In this document: positions 1-9,981 of the stretch, in pieces | Layout of the letters: every line of letters begins with the position of its first letter | Numbering within the stretch: the stretch's first letter is position 1 | NCBI GenBank assembly: GCA_044892525.1 | Contig: CM097887.1 | Location: forward strand, 80,764,397-80,828,396 | From: Schmidtea polychroa | Lineage: Eukaryota | Direction of reading: 5' to 3' | DNA: 64,000 bases | Program-made: the position numbers and the translations under genes | Notes under the pieces: model-generated | Database searches by the model: none | Seen by the model: only the letters and a program-made list of their open reading frames with translations | Told to the model about the DNA's origin: nothing

Positions 1-1461
1 GTGGATTGTCAGGTGTTGGTGTGCGCAGGGAAGCAGTTAGAAAATAAAAGAAGATTGAATGATTATAGGATACAAGTAGGGTCGACACTTCATTTGTCAC
101 TCAGGCTGTGCGGGAGCAATGACGAAGAGATTTTAGAAGAAGGACTGTGGAAAAAGAGAATGAAAAAAGTAAAATTAACGAGATTAAGAAACAAGATTCT
201 CAATGATATAAATGGGAAGGATGTTAGCGAATGGTTGGCGGAATATGAAGATCAAAAGGAGAGTCTAGATGAAGAATTAGGGGATCTGAGAACAATCAGT
301 AAAAAATTGCAAAGATTGGACATCACTGCAATCTTAGATAAAGACCTGCAAGAGATCGAGGAAAAACATCAAATAATTGGGGCATTGATGGAAAGAAAAG
401 CAAATCAATCTTTTATGGAAGAGAAGGAAAATGTGAATGATGATCAAATCAAGAAGAATAATTCCGGGCATAAAAGAAAACTGGAAAGTCTACAGAAAAT
501 TACAATCCCTGTTTTTGAAGGCAAGATGAAAGAGTACGAACCATGGAAAGCAGCTTTTACTGCATGTGTTGACGAAGCGGAAGGTGATGAGGTTGAAAAG
601 ATGTTTCACCTGCACAAGTACCTTCACGGAGAGCCATTAAAGTTAATTGAAAATCTTGGATATTCGGCAGAGGCCTATCAAATGGCAAAAGAGAAGTTGG
701 ATAGGCGATATGGTGGGGATGAAAGGATATATTTATCAATGTTAGAGGAGATGGAACAGTTCAGGCCAATTCGAGAAGGAGATTTGAAGGATCTAGACTC
801 ATTTGTTGGATTATTAGAAACGGTCACCGTGCGATTTAAATCCACTGGGAAAGAATCCGAGTTAAAGACTGGCTATCTTTTTCAAAAGTGTTTGGGCAAG
901 TTAACGACGAATCTTGTGTATAAATGGAAAAAAGACAAAATAGAAAAGAAATTGCGGGAGACGATAGAGGATTTGAGAAGATGGATACAACAAGAAGCGG
1001 AGATCCTAAGGTCCACTAACGAGGTTGTGTATGGGACTAAACCAAGCACCAGGGCTTATGATGGGTCAATAGTAGAAGGGGTGTCTAGGGGAAGAGAAAG
1101 ATTCAATCCAGGAGGTCGGACGCATTTTACGGGGCAACCAGATGGCAGAGTTAAAAGTGGAACAGTTATACAGGTGAATAACTCTAACGGCTATAGATCA
1201 GAGTGTGTACACTGTGGTGGTCAACATTACCTAGACCAATGTGACAAGTTCAAGCAACTCACAATTCCTAAAAGGAAGAAAGTCATCGAAGAAAAGAAAC
1301 TGTGCAGGAATTGCTTCAAAAGAAATCACATGGCCAAGGAATGTCGTAAAGAATCTTTCTGCAAGGTTACCGGATGTAAGCAAAGGCACAACGAATTATT
1401 ACATGAAAGACAAATTAGTGAGGAGAGTGAAAAAGGTAACAACACGATGCTGACCCAGTAA
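1..1461 (+). CDS. gag: Bel/Pao Gag with N-terminal ubiquitin-like domain (5'-truncated by window edge)
   Basis: First 39 aa align to ubiquitin C-terminal half (AGKQLE, DY.IQ, STLHL.LRL.G); CVHCGGQHYLDQC, CRNCFKRNHMAKEC and CKVTGCKQRHNELLH knuckles. Confidence 0.9.
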   Translation: MDCQVLVCAGKQLENKRRLNDYRIQVGSTLHLSLRLCGSNDEEILEEGLWKKRMKKVKLTRLRNKILNDINGKDVSEWLAEYEDQKESLDEELGDLRTISKKLQRLDITAILDKDLQEIEEKHQIIGALMERKANQSFMEEKENVNDDQIKKNNSGHKRKLESLQKITIPVFEGKMKEYEPWKAAFTACVDEAEGDEVEKMFHLHKYLHGEPLKLIENLGYSAEAYQMAKEKLDRRYGGDERIYLSMLEEMEQFRPIREGDLKDLDSFVGLLETVTVRFKSTGKESELKTGYLFQKCLGKLTTNLVYKWKKDKIEKKLRETIEDLRRWIQQEAEILRSTNEVVYGTKPSTRAYDGSIVEGVSRGRERFNPGGRTHFTGQPDGRVKSGTVIQVNNSNGYRSECVHCGGQHYLDQCDKFKQLTIPKRKKVIEEKKLCRNCFKRNHMAKECRKESFCKVTGCKQRHNELLHERQISEESEKGNNTMLTQ

Positions 1462-1464
1462 GGG

Positions 1465-2091
1465 ATGAACGAGAAAAACCTAAGACCTTACCTTAGTTTA
1501 AGAACAATTCCAATCTACCTGGAAAATGGGAACAAGAAAATAAAAGTCAATGCACTGTTAGATGATGCAAGCTCAGTAAGCTACATCAATCTAAGAATTT
1601 TAAAGGAGCTTGGGTTAAAAGGGGTGGAAAAGAGGACACCGATAGGGGTTATCGGAGGTAATATCCAACAAATGATGGCTACTCCAGTGACCATGAAGTT
1701 AATTAGTAATGACGGCCGATTGACGAAAAACTTCAACGCACTGGCCGTAACAAATATCACGGGAGAAATGAAGGTAGTAAATTGGGCCAGAGAAAAACAT
1801 AAGTGGACTCACCTGGAGAGCATCCATTTTCCGATGCTAGACGAGAGACAGGCAGTTGAAGTGTTAATTGGCGCGGATTATTTAACGCTTCAACGAGCAC
1901 TCAAAGAAATCGATGGTAAGTTGGATGAACCGATTGCCTGTTTAACGCCACTTGGCTGGACATGTGTGGGAAGAACCTCGGTGGGAAGAACTTGGAACCA
2001 TCAAAGCAATTTCATACGAACGTCTTCGGTAATGTCGAGGATTTGCAACGACAGATGGAGCGATTTTGGGAAATTGATGATAGCGGCTTAA
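1465..2091 (+). CDS. Bel/Pao aspartic protease region, separated from gag by one in-frame TAA and from pol by a frameshift near 2020-2040
   Basis: ALLDDASSVSYI protease motif; VLIGADY and TPLGW Bel/Pao motifs; same frame as gag. Confidence 0.85.
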   Translation: MNEKNLRPYLSLRTIPIYLENGNKKIKVNALLDDASSVSYINLRILKELGLKGVEKRTPIGVIGGNIQQMMATPVTMKLISNDGRLTKNFNALAVTNITGEMKVVNWAREKHKWTHLESIHFPMLDERQAVEVLIGADYLTLQRALKEIDGKLDEPIACLTPLGWTCVGRTSVGRTWNHQSNFIRTSSVMSRICNDRWSDFGKLMIAA

Positions 2092-5000
2092 AGGAAAATA
2101 TATTTGCAGCGAAAGACCAAGCGATTTATGAGAAAACCAAATCTGAGATGAAGAAAGTAGACGGACATTTCGAGGTAAAAGTGCCATGGAAAGAGTCACC
2201 AACAGCTTTGCCCAATAGTGAAAAAATGGCAGAAAGTCGACTGCGAAGTTTGGACAAGAGGCTTGAAAAGGAAGACTTACGAACTGAGTATCAGGATATT
2301 TTGAATGGTTACCTGAAAAAAGATTATATAAGTATTGTAAAAGAGCAAATGATGCCTGGAGATTCGGAATGGATATTACCACACTTTCCCGTGGTTAGAA
2401 GAGATAAGGACACCACGAAAGTGCGTATTGTGTTTGATGCGGCAGCCAGGTGTAATGGGGTGGGACTTAATGATATGGTGGAAGTTGGCCCAAAATTACA
2501 AAATGAAGTTTTTGATATTTTAATTCGTTTTCGTCGATTTTCCGTAGCTGTTGTTTGTGATATAGCAGAAATGTATCTGCAAATAAGAATGGCTCTTGAA
2601 GACAGGAAATATCATCGGTTTTTATGGTCAACTGGGGGGAAAATTATTAAGTATGAGTTTAATCGGTTAGTGTTTGGTCTTAATGCATCTCCATTCCTTG
2701 CCCAGCTAGTCGCGCAAGAGAATGCAACGAAATTTGAAAAGGACTACCCAAAAGTGACAGAATCTATTTGCAAGTCTACGTATATGGACGACACCATGGA
2801 CTCTGTTGATTCTGAAGAAGAAGGAATGAGGCTGAAACAGGGGCTAGAAACAGTTTGGGGCAATGCCGGAATGCGGCCTAGAAAATGGCTGTCCAACTCG
2901 GAAAGAATTATGGAGGCAATCCCAATTGAAGAACGAGCTAAAACACTGAATATTGAAAAGGAAACGACTATGGCCGTCAAGACCCTAGGTTTGAAATGGT
3001 ACTCGGAAGACGATGAATTTAGTTTTCAAGTAGATCTGCCGAATGAGGAATGTTTATCGAAAAGAAAGGTATTGAACATAGTGGCAAGAATCTTTGATCC
3101 ATTGGGACTGTTAGGCCCATTCATAATCATAGGGAAAAAGATTATTCAGAAGTTGTGGTTGTCAGGGCTTGATTGGGACGAAAAGCTACCTCCAAAGTTG
3201 AATAAAGAAATACACAAGTGGGTAGAGGACACAAATAATCTCGGAGATCTGCGAATTGCGAGATGTTTAAGGACTCAAATGAAAAATGAATGGCAATTAC
3301 ATGTCTTCTCCGATGCGTCAAGCACCGCATATGGGTCAGCTATATATCTACGGGAAGAAACTATGGTGGGACCTAAAAGTGTGTTAATTGCGTCAAGGGC
3401 AAAGGTAGCTCCAGTGCAAATTATAAGTATACCAAGGTTGGAATTAATGGCCGCGTGTACTGGAGTTAAATTAGCAAGACGGGTTTCAGAAGTGCTCGGG
3501 AAACCGATGAGTGAGATATGGTTCTGGTCCGATAGTAAAGACGTAATACATTGGGTTCGAAATTATTCGAGACTATTCAAGCCATTCGTAGCTAATCGAA
3601 TTGGGTTCATTCAAGAAATGACCAAACCTGGGCAATGGCATTATGTTCCAACAAGTGAAAATCCATCGGATTTGATCACAAGAGGATTATCGGCAGCGGA
3701 TTTGATAAACAGCACCATGTGGTGGGAGGGACCGAAATTTCTACTAGAACCAATGGGAAATTGGCCAGCGACGGAGTTAAACCAATCCAGTGTAACAAAG
3801 GAGTTGCGAAAGGGAATAACAATGATGGCGTGTGTAGAGGGGCAAATACGAATAGGGAACACGGACTGTTTCAAAGTAGAAACCTTTTCCTCATGGCAGA
3901 GATTGATCAGGGTGCGGGCCTGGGTGGAGCGATTTATTTTGAACACGAGAACGACACAGTCTCAAAGAACCACAGGGCAACTGACAACTGAGGAGCTTAA
4001 AAGAATGGAACTCAATGTAATTAAAGGAGAGCAGGCGAAGTTTTTCTCTGAGGACCTGGCACGACTTATCAAGAATGAAAGGGTAGATATCAGAAGCCGT
4101 TTGTTAAAGTTGACACCAGTTTTAGATGAGATGACTGTGTTACGAAGTAATAGCCGCATAATTCATGCAAAGAATTTACCATGGGAGACAAAATATCCAA
4201 TAATTCTATCGGACAAGAGTTGGGTCACCAGACTAATCATCAAAGATTGCCATGAAAGTTTGAGCCATTATGCAGGAACTCAACATGTCTTAAGTGTGTT
4301 GAACGAAAAATATTGGATTTTGAAGGCCAAAGTAATGATCAAACAATGTGAGACAGATTGCGGAATGTGTAGAAAAAGAAAAGCTAAAGGAATGAGTCAA
4401 ATAATGGCACCGTTACCGGCGTTCAGGGTTTCAGAACCTTTTAGAACCTTTGTTCACTCGGCAGTAGATTTTGCAGGACCGTTTGAAACTAAAGTAGGCA
4501 GAGGAAAGGTGAGAAACAAAAGGTACATTTGCCTATTCGTATGTTTAAAGTCACGGGCGGTGCATATTGAAATGGCATATGGGTTGGACACAGACTCATT
4601 CATTCGAGCGTTTATGAGGTTTGCAGCGAGGCGGGGGATGCCAAAATTGATGATCTCAGACAATGGCACAAATTTCATAGGCGCCACTTCTACAGTAAAG
4701 AATTTTGTAATCGACAACTATAAAACTCAAAGAGAGTTGTCGAAGCATCAATGTAGTTGGATCTTCAATCCTCCATCAGCACCGCATTTTGGGGGAGTTT
4801 TTGAGTCCATGATCAAATCGGCAAAGCGAGCTATGAATGCCATACTGACAAGTGCAGATGTGACCGACGAAGAATTGGGAAATGTTTTGACAAGGGCTGA
4901 AATGTTGATAAATTCTCGGCCCTTAGTGGTTCAGGCAGTAGACAGTAAGGAAGACGCTGTGCTAACTCCAAATCATTTATTAATTGCCGGTTGGAAAGGA

Positions 5001-5396
5001 GAAGCTGTGGAAAATATAGAAGGGAAGAACATGTCATGTACGGTGTTTCGGTGGAGACGAATTCAGGAGTTAACCGAGCACTTCTGGCGGCGATGGATGA
5101 AAGAATTGGTCCCGTGCTGGCGGCAAAGGGCGAAATGGAATAAGATAGAAGATGATGTCAAGACAGGGTCAACAGTGTGGGTTTTAGACAAAAGGAATGA
5201 TTATGGGAAGTGGCCAATGGGGAGAGTAATCGAAGTGATACCGGGAGAAGACGGAAAGCTACGCGTGATGAGGATAAAATGTGAAGGAAAGGAGGTATTA
5301 AGATGCATATCTAAATTATGCTTGATCACAAAAGAAGGAGAAGTTAATGGGGATGTGAGATTGACACCAAAGTGTCAAGGGGGGGAGGATGTTTAA
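1962..5396 (+). CDS. pol: Bel/Pao Pol (RT-RNase H-integrase)
   Basis: KVRIVFDAAAR, DIAEMYLQI, FGLNASPFLA, YMDD, FSDASSTAYG, PRLELMAA, DFAGP, SDNGTNF, ends GGEDV at the PPT. Confidence 0.95.
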   Translation: MCGKNLGGKNLEPSKQFHTNVFGNVEDLQRQMERFWEIDDSGLKENIFAAKDQAIYEKTKSEMKKVDGHFEVKVPWKESPTALPNSEKMAESRLRSLDKRLEKEDLRTEYQDILNGYLKKDYISIVKEQMMPGDSEWILPHFPVVRRDKDTTKVRIVFDAAARCNGVGLNDMVEVGPKLQNEVFDILIRFRRFSVAVVCDIAEMYLQIRMALEDRKYHRFLWSTGGKIIKYEFNRLVFGLNASPFLAQLVAQENATKFEKDYPKVTESICKSTYMDDTMDSVDSEEEGMRLKQGLETVWGNAGMRPRKWLSNSERIMEAIPIEERAKTLNIEKETTMAVKTLGLKWYSEDDEFSFQVDLPNEECLSKRKVLNIVARIFDPLGLLGPFIIIGKKIIQKLWLSGLDWDEKLPPKLNKEIHKWVEDTNNLGDLRIARCLRTQMKNEWQLHVFSDASSTAYGSAIYLREETMVGPKSVLIASRAKVAPVQIISIPRLELMAACTGVKLARRVSEVLGKPMSEIWFWSDSKDVIHWVRNYSRLFKPFVANRIGFIQEMTKPGQWHYVPTSENPSDLITRGLSAADLINSTMWWEGPKFLLEPMGNWPATELNQSSVTKELRKGITMMACVEGQIRIGNTDCFKVETFSSWQRLIRVRAWVERFILNTRTTQSQRTTGQLTTEELKRMELNVIKGEQAKFFSEDLARLIKNERVDIRSRLLKLTPVLDEMTVLRSNSRIIHAKNLPWETKYPIILSDKSWVTRLIIKDCHESLSHYAGTQHVLSVLNEKYWILKAKVMIKQCETDCGMCRKRKAKGMSQIMAPLPAFRVSEPFRTFVHSAVDFAGPFETKVGRGKVRNKRYICLFVCLKSRAVHIEMAYGLDTDSFIRAFMRFAARRGMPKLMISDNGTNFIGATSTVKNFVIDNYKTQRELSKHQCSWIFNPPSAPHFGGVFESMIKSAKRAMNAILTSADVTDEELGNVLTRAEMLINSRPLVVQAVDSKEDAVLTPNHLLIAGWKGEAVENIEGKNMSCTVFRWRRIQELTEHFWRRWMKELVPCWRQRAKWNKIEDDVKTGSTVWVLDKRNDYGKWPMGRVIEVIPGEDGKLRVMRIKCEGKEVLRCISKLCLITKEGEVNGDVRLTPKCQGGEDV
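5377..5389 (+). promoter_or_regulatory. Polypurine tract of the Bel/Pao element
   Basis: aagggggggagga immediately before the TG start of the LTR. Confidence 0.85.
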
Positions 5397-5821
5397 TTCG
5401 AGGTTCGGGTCTGTGTGCGCCTTTTACTATCCTTGTGTTGTTGGCTGTGGGCGCACACAGACGCATATAGTTGTGGGTGTGGTTTGGCTTTTTTCTATCG
5501 CGTCTGTGTGCGCGGTCTGTTTAGACCGAATATTGTTGGAGTGCCCACACAGACGCGAGCAATGGATTGATTTTGTAATCGAAGTTTTTTTGGGTTTTTG
5601 TTTTATTGGGTTAAATATTGAATGGAATTAGAGAAAATTCTGGAATGTTAATGAAATAAGAGTTGTTTAGTTGGATAAAGTTTGAATTGTGAATTAAAGG
5701 GGTTTTAAATTGAAGTCTGGAAGACAAACTGTCGATATTTGGATATTGGATAGATTATCACTAATACAATTTAAATATTAAATTGATTTAATTCATTATG
5801 TCTGGACACCAACGAAATACA
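5390..5821 (+). repeat. Bel/Pao 3' LTR (right boundary approximate)
   Basis: Starts tgtttaattcg after the PPT, ends cgaaataca (TGT...ACA termini); contains aataa-type signals. Confidence 0.7.
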
Positions 5822-6332
5822 TGTGGAATTGATTTTCAAACATCTTCAAATGCTGATTCATCCAAGAGATCATATAATGCAAATCCTCCTCCTTCCTGTT
5901 TAATGACTGATTTTCAAACATCTTCAAATGCTGATTCATCCAAGAGATCATATAATGCAAATCCTCCTCCTTCCTGTTTAATGACTGATTTTCAAACATC
6001 TTCAAATGCTGATTCATCCAAGAGGTCATATAATGCAAATCCTCCTCCTCCTTGTTTAATGACTGATTGTCGAGCTCGAGTATGTCGTGCACGAATGGGA
6101 GCAGCTCGATTTGAATATAAAATTGGATATGAAATGCTTGGTGCTATAATATGTCGCTCTATTGCCGATATTGATCAACTCTATTCCCAATCGGCTGAGA
6201 GGCGACCATTAGGATGTTCAGTGATGGCATTATCTGATAATATGCAACTGGACAAAATGACATTATTAAAAATTGATGCAATGTCCTCTTTTGAGGAAAA
6301 TAAAAGCTTTATGCAGTCGTGTGGACTTAAAC

Positions 6333-6337
<5 letters not shown>
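5822..6337 (+). pseudogene. 3' part of an unknown ORF interrupted by the Bel/Pao insertion, possibly a Maverick gene
   Basis: Open frame from the LTR edge to a stop at the (AAT)n array; the track's ATG (5798) lies inside the LTR. Confidence 0.35.
5831..6068 (+). repeat. Three tandem 78-bp repeats (26-aa unit DFQTSSNADSSKRSYNANPPPSCLMT)
   Basis: Units start at 5831, 5909 and 5987, nearly identical, no spacers. Confidence 0.95.

Positions 6338-6420
<83 letters not shown>
6333..6420. repeat. (AAT)n microsatellite, about 29 units
   Basis: Direct reading. Confidence 0.98.
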
Positions 6421-6423
<3 letters not shown>

Positions 6424-6580
6424 CCTTTTAATAACTAAAAAATTCGCAACAATAAAAACTTTGACTATTTCACAATAAAATAGTCTAAAGAATACTTTAC
6501 AATAACAACGTAAAATAAATGATACAAATAAGAACTAAAACAATAATTATATTAAATAAAATTTTATTTCAATACAAAAT

Positions 6581-8845
6581 TTATTCAAGAACATATTGAT
6601 GTTCCCTTTCATATGGAAAGTGTGGGTGACCATAATCATCATTTGGGAAATATGGTTGAACGTATTGATCATTTTCTTCGTCCGGATCACTAACTTCAGC
6701 ATTGTTACTATGACCCATAACCGTGTTAACTATTTTATAATGACCATATGCTACACTTTCATTTTTATTTACCCAATGCCTCTTATCATCATTATTAGTT
6801 AGGGCTAATTTTATATTTTTTATTGTGAATAACTGATGATTTTTACTTACTATTCGAGATTGTGGTACTGAAATCATCGAATTATTATGATAACAATCAA
6901 GGTACGATTGATGTTTTAAGTCGGTACCCTTCAATGTTATTCCCTTAGCCTTGTTGCTCTCTTTATCACCCAAAAGGCTATAGCATTTAGGCCTTAAAAA
7001 CACCCATTCCTTATATCTACCCCCTTTATTTTCATCTTTGAATTTACCAATGACGGAATCAAGAGCTCTTGAATATAATTCATGAGATGAATCATAATTC
7101 GATGTATCCAGCATGTTATCTCTTACCATAGCTGGTAAAAGCACATCTAATTTGCATCCTTTAACATCTAAAAAGAAGGAATCAGTGTCACCTGCAATAA
7201 TATTGATTTCACAGCTAAAATCATCTCGATATTTTTGTAAATCAATATATTGCAACTGATACATACGTAATTTGGATAGATCCAGTACAGATTGACCAAT
7301 GTAACTAGGTCTATCCAAACACACTGAATCCTTATTTAATAGAACGGCTATTAAGTCATGATCTATTTTATAAGTCTTTTTAAATGTGGGTTTAGAGGAA
7401 TAAGTAATCAGTTTAGAAGCTGAGTTACACAATCTCAAGTTCAATCGTTTCTTCAAATTTTCGACTGTCTTTCCATATAAACTATTGTTAAGAAGCTTAA
7501 AATAGTTTTTATCAAGAGTATTTGTTGACACAGCTCGAAATTGGGTGTTTGTGTCAATGTAATTTTTGAATATAGTAGACTGATGAAATTTGATAGCCCT
7601 GTGAATTTGAGTAACTTTTACTCCAAGAGAAAGATAAAGTTGTAGAAGTTTCCAATGAAGAACATAGTTCTTCTTGGGTAAATGTGTAAGCATCAACTTC
7701 TCCACTTTAGATCCTGGAGCACACATTTTTTCAGCTGCAACCGGAAAATCATTAAGTTTATCGTGAATAGATGTTGGAATATCTAGATCCACTTCCATAG
7801 TATACCCATATGAAAGTGAATCTAGATCAATAGATTCACAGTCTTTTAATAAATTAATTAATTCAGGCTCATCCGTCACCCAAGAAAATTCACCCCTAGG
7901 TAGTTTTTGGCTAAGAGCCCAGCCGTACAAATTATTAATATCGATATATAGAAGTTCAGTATTTTCATTTGTATTAACATAATGTTTGTTTACAAATGTC
8001 AACCCCCCTCTTATACCACCCTCAAAGAAATTAAACATCTCCATGTCTTGAATCAACTCGATGGGTTCGTCTAAAGTCATCAGAGCTGAATTCCAAGACA
8101 TACCGGGAATGCCCAAGAAGTTTAAAGGTTCAAGACGATTATGAGCTAAAGATTTATTTCGAAACTGCTGGAAAAAGTCAGCTAAAAGAAAGACATCTAG
8201 TTTTAGATAGACCATCATATAATCACAAAGGTTATTACAGTTGGTTTCCCTCCATATAATTTCAGCCATAGAATATTCGTCTTCAGTAACACCATCCCAA
8301 ATTGGCGGTAATTGGGGAGTTGACTGAAGCACTTCAAGACTAGTGGCAAAATTATATGGGAAAATTCCTTTATTATTAACAATGGTTCCCCTAAATTCTG
8401 ATCGTGTTATCGGTAAATTAGTAAGAGTTTTAACAGCGTCATTTAACGAACTATTAATAAATTGGCAGGAATCGATAAATTTAATATTTAAACCACCTAT
8501 TCTCGCAGATAATGTTAAGAACTTTTCAGTTGTCGTTGGAATGCATGAAATATTCCAAGATTTAAAGCTACTCAATCCGTATTTGATGATATGATGAAGA
8601 TCATACCCTCGCAAGTTATGGAAAACAATTGGAAATTCATATCTTATTTGACGAGAATTATTACAAGTTGAACAAGCTGCTCCCAAATATTTACCAGTAA
8701 AGTGATTATGATCTTTAGTCGGGTTTACTAAAGTTTTCTTGCAAAGATAACACATAACTGCGGAAGAAAAAGAAATAAGGTCAGCATCTGTAAAAATAAT
8801 TTTCTTTTTCGAATTTTTATAAAAATAAGGTAAAACTGTTTTCAT
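6581..8845 (-). CDS. polB: Protein-primed DNA polymerase B, C-terminal part
   Basis: DHNHFTG..GAAC, FHNLRGYD, YIDINNLYG, KLLNNSLYGK, GDTDS, IGKFKDE, FLRPKCY, KAKGI. Confidence 0.95.
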   Translation of the reverse strand: MKTVLPYFYKNSKKKIIFTDADLISFSSAVMCYLCKKTLVNPTKDHNHFTGKYLGAACSTCNNSRQIRYEFPIVFHNLRGYDLHHIIKYGLSSFKSWNISCIPTTTEKFLTLSARIGGLNIKFIDSCQFINSSLNDAVKTLTNLPITRSEFRGTIVNNKGIFPYNFATSLEVLQSTPQLPPIWDGVTEDEYSMAEIIWRETNCNNLCDYMMVYLKLDVFLLADFFQQFRNKSLAHNRLEPLNFLGIPGMSWNSALMTLDEPIELIQDMEMFNFFEGGIRGGLTFVNKHYVNTNENTELLYIDINNLYGWALSQKLPRGEFSWVTDEPELINLLKDCESIDLDSLSYGYTMEVDLDIPTSIHDKLNDFPVAAEKMCAPGSKVEKLMLTHLPKKNYVLHWKLLQLYLSLGVKVTQIHRAIKFHQSTIFKNYIDTNTQFRAVSTNTLDKNYFKLLNNSLYGKTVENLKKRLNLRLCNSASKLITYSSKPTFKKTYKIDHDLIAVLLNKDSVCLDRPSYIGQSVLDLSKLRMYQLQYIDLQKYRDDFSCEINIIAGDTDSFFLDVKGCKLDVLLPAMVRDNMLDTSNYDSSHELYSRALDSVIGKFKDENKGGRYKEWVFLRPKCYSLLGDKESNKAKGITLKGTDLKHQSYLDCYHNNSMISVPQSRIVSKNHQLFTIKNIKLALTNNDDKRHWVNKNESVAYGHYKIVNTVMGHSNNAEVSDPDEENDQYVQPYFPNDDYGHPHFPYEREHQYVLE

Positions 8846-8892
8846 ACCAATTTTTTCAATCTCTTTAAGGAAACTAACAATACAATCTAACC

Positions 8893-9981
8893 CTAAAAAC
8901 TTTTATATAATTTAGTCCCTGTGAAATTATTTATTAGCAAAAGACCTGCAGAAATCGGCAAGTGCCTTTGAAAATATCTATTATCAGTAGGTAAGATAGC
9001 CTCAAAGTCAGCGTAAACCACAAAAGGGGGAGTAACTGTTTTAGACCAATCATTAAAATATAAATTCTTATTTAATGGTAAAGTATATAAAGTTGTTCCT
9101 AATTGATTTTTCTCACATAAACCTTTATGTTTATCTAAAGATTCAAGTGTACGGAAGCCATTTAAACAGCGATTACACCACAGACTTTGAATTCGAGTAC
9201 TAGTAACAGTAGAATTACGACAATTTAAAAGTCTATCAAGATTAGTGACTCCTATATAATGAAAAGAATCACTGCTTTCCAACAAAATTAAATTAATCGG
9301 TCTTCCGCCTACAACTTTCGATCTATGTATGATGTCAACATAAGGATGTTTTATTACTTCAGAATTATTTAAAATATCCACTAAAGCATCCTCATCGTAT
9401 GCAAGAACATTAATCGAAAGCCCTGGATTTTTATCTTCAAATTTAGGTATATTACAGAGACGCATCGGTAAGTCAGAAGGATCAAAGACTAGATCAGACA
9501 AATTATAATTACTAATTCGATTTCTATGATTGCCATCAACGTCATCGTATTTCAAAATAGCCAAAATGCTATAGATGAAACACAAATCATCCGTATTGTT
9601 AATATTTATTACGCAATGTTTATTTAATAATGATTTAGGAGTTGGTAGAGAACCCCTCCCACTCAATCTACTTATTTGAGAAAATTTTGTAATAACAAAA
9701 TGTATTTCTTTAATTTTATTAATAATCCAATTACTTCCCTTTTCATTAATTAAAGTAATTTTCTCATTGAGAATAGCAATACCTTCATTTAAAAAGGTAT
9801 CACTTATGGGTCTTGCAGAATTTGAAATGACGAAAGATTGAAATTCTCCATCTTTTTCAAATTCCACTTCTATACAAAATTGAATCTTTACAGAACCCAT
9901 TTCTCTGGTAACATTATTAAATTTATTAATTAAGGGCGTGGGTACGGTTAAAGAATTTAAATTTAAATTTTCAACCATCAT
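8893..9981 (-). CDS. polB: pPolB N-terminal part; joined to the C-terminal part by a 1-nt frameshift in a T5 run near 8895
   Basis: GSNW, CVININNTDDLCF, SINVLAY, HY, C..C..GF, VVYADFEA; restoring one T gives KLYKSFLGLDCIVSFL...IGMKTV. Confidence 0.9.
   Translation of the reverse strand: MMVENLNLNSLTVPTPLINKFNNVTREMGSVKIQFCIEVEFEKDGEFQSFVISNSARPISDTFLNEGIAILNEKITLINEKGSNWIINKIKEIHFVITKFSQISRLSGRGSLPTPKSLLNKHCVININNTDDLCFIYSILAILKYDDVDGNHRNRISNYNLSDLVFDPSDLPMRLCNIPKFEDKNPGLSINVLAYDEDALVDILNNSEVIKHPYVDIIHRSKVVGGRPINLILLESSDSFHYIGVTNLDRLLNCRNSTVTSTRIQSLWCNRCLNGFRTLESLDKHKGLCEKNQLGTTLYTLPLNKNLYFNDWSKTVTPPFVVYADFEAILPTDNRYFQRHLPISAGLLLINNFTGTKLYKSF

Larger units (their letters stand above)
1..5821 (+). 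mobile_element. Bel/Pao LTR retrotransposon (5' end outside window), defective copy
   Basis: Gag with DUF1759-like IPVFEG motif and three Cys/His knuckles; PR (LLDDAS), RT (YMDD), RNase H (FSDAS), integrase (DFAGP, SDNGTNF, GGVFE) in Bel/Pao order; PPT then a TG...CA LTR. Confidence 0.95.

Noticed and set aside
557-4717. Many short antisense or alternative-frame ORFs within gag/pol (likewise within polB, MCP and the Gypsy ORFs)
   Set aside because: Shadows of the real coding frame; no motifs.
5389-5631. 80-aa ORF
   Set aside because: Lies wholly in the Bel/Pao LTR; no motifs.
5831-6068. Possible CRISPR array
   Set aside because: Contiguous 78-bp units with no unique spacers, in a eukaryotic context with no cas genes.
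8880-8900. Intron as the explanation for the polB split
   Set aside because: No GT-AG pair of plausible length; a single-base shift already restores the expected sequence.
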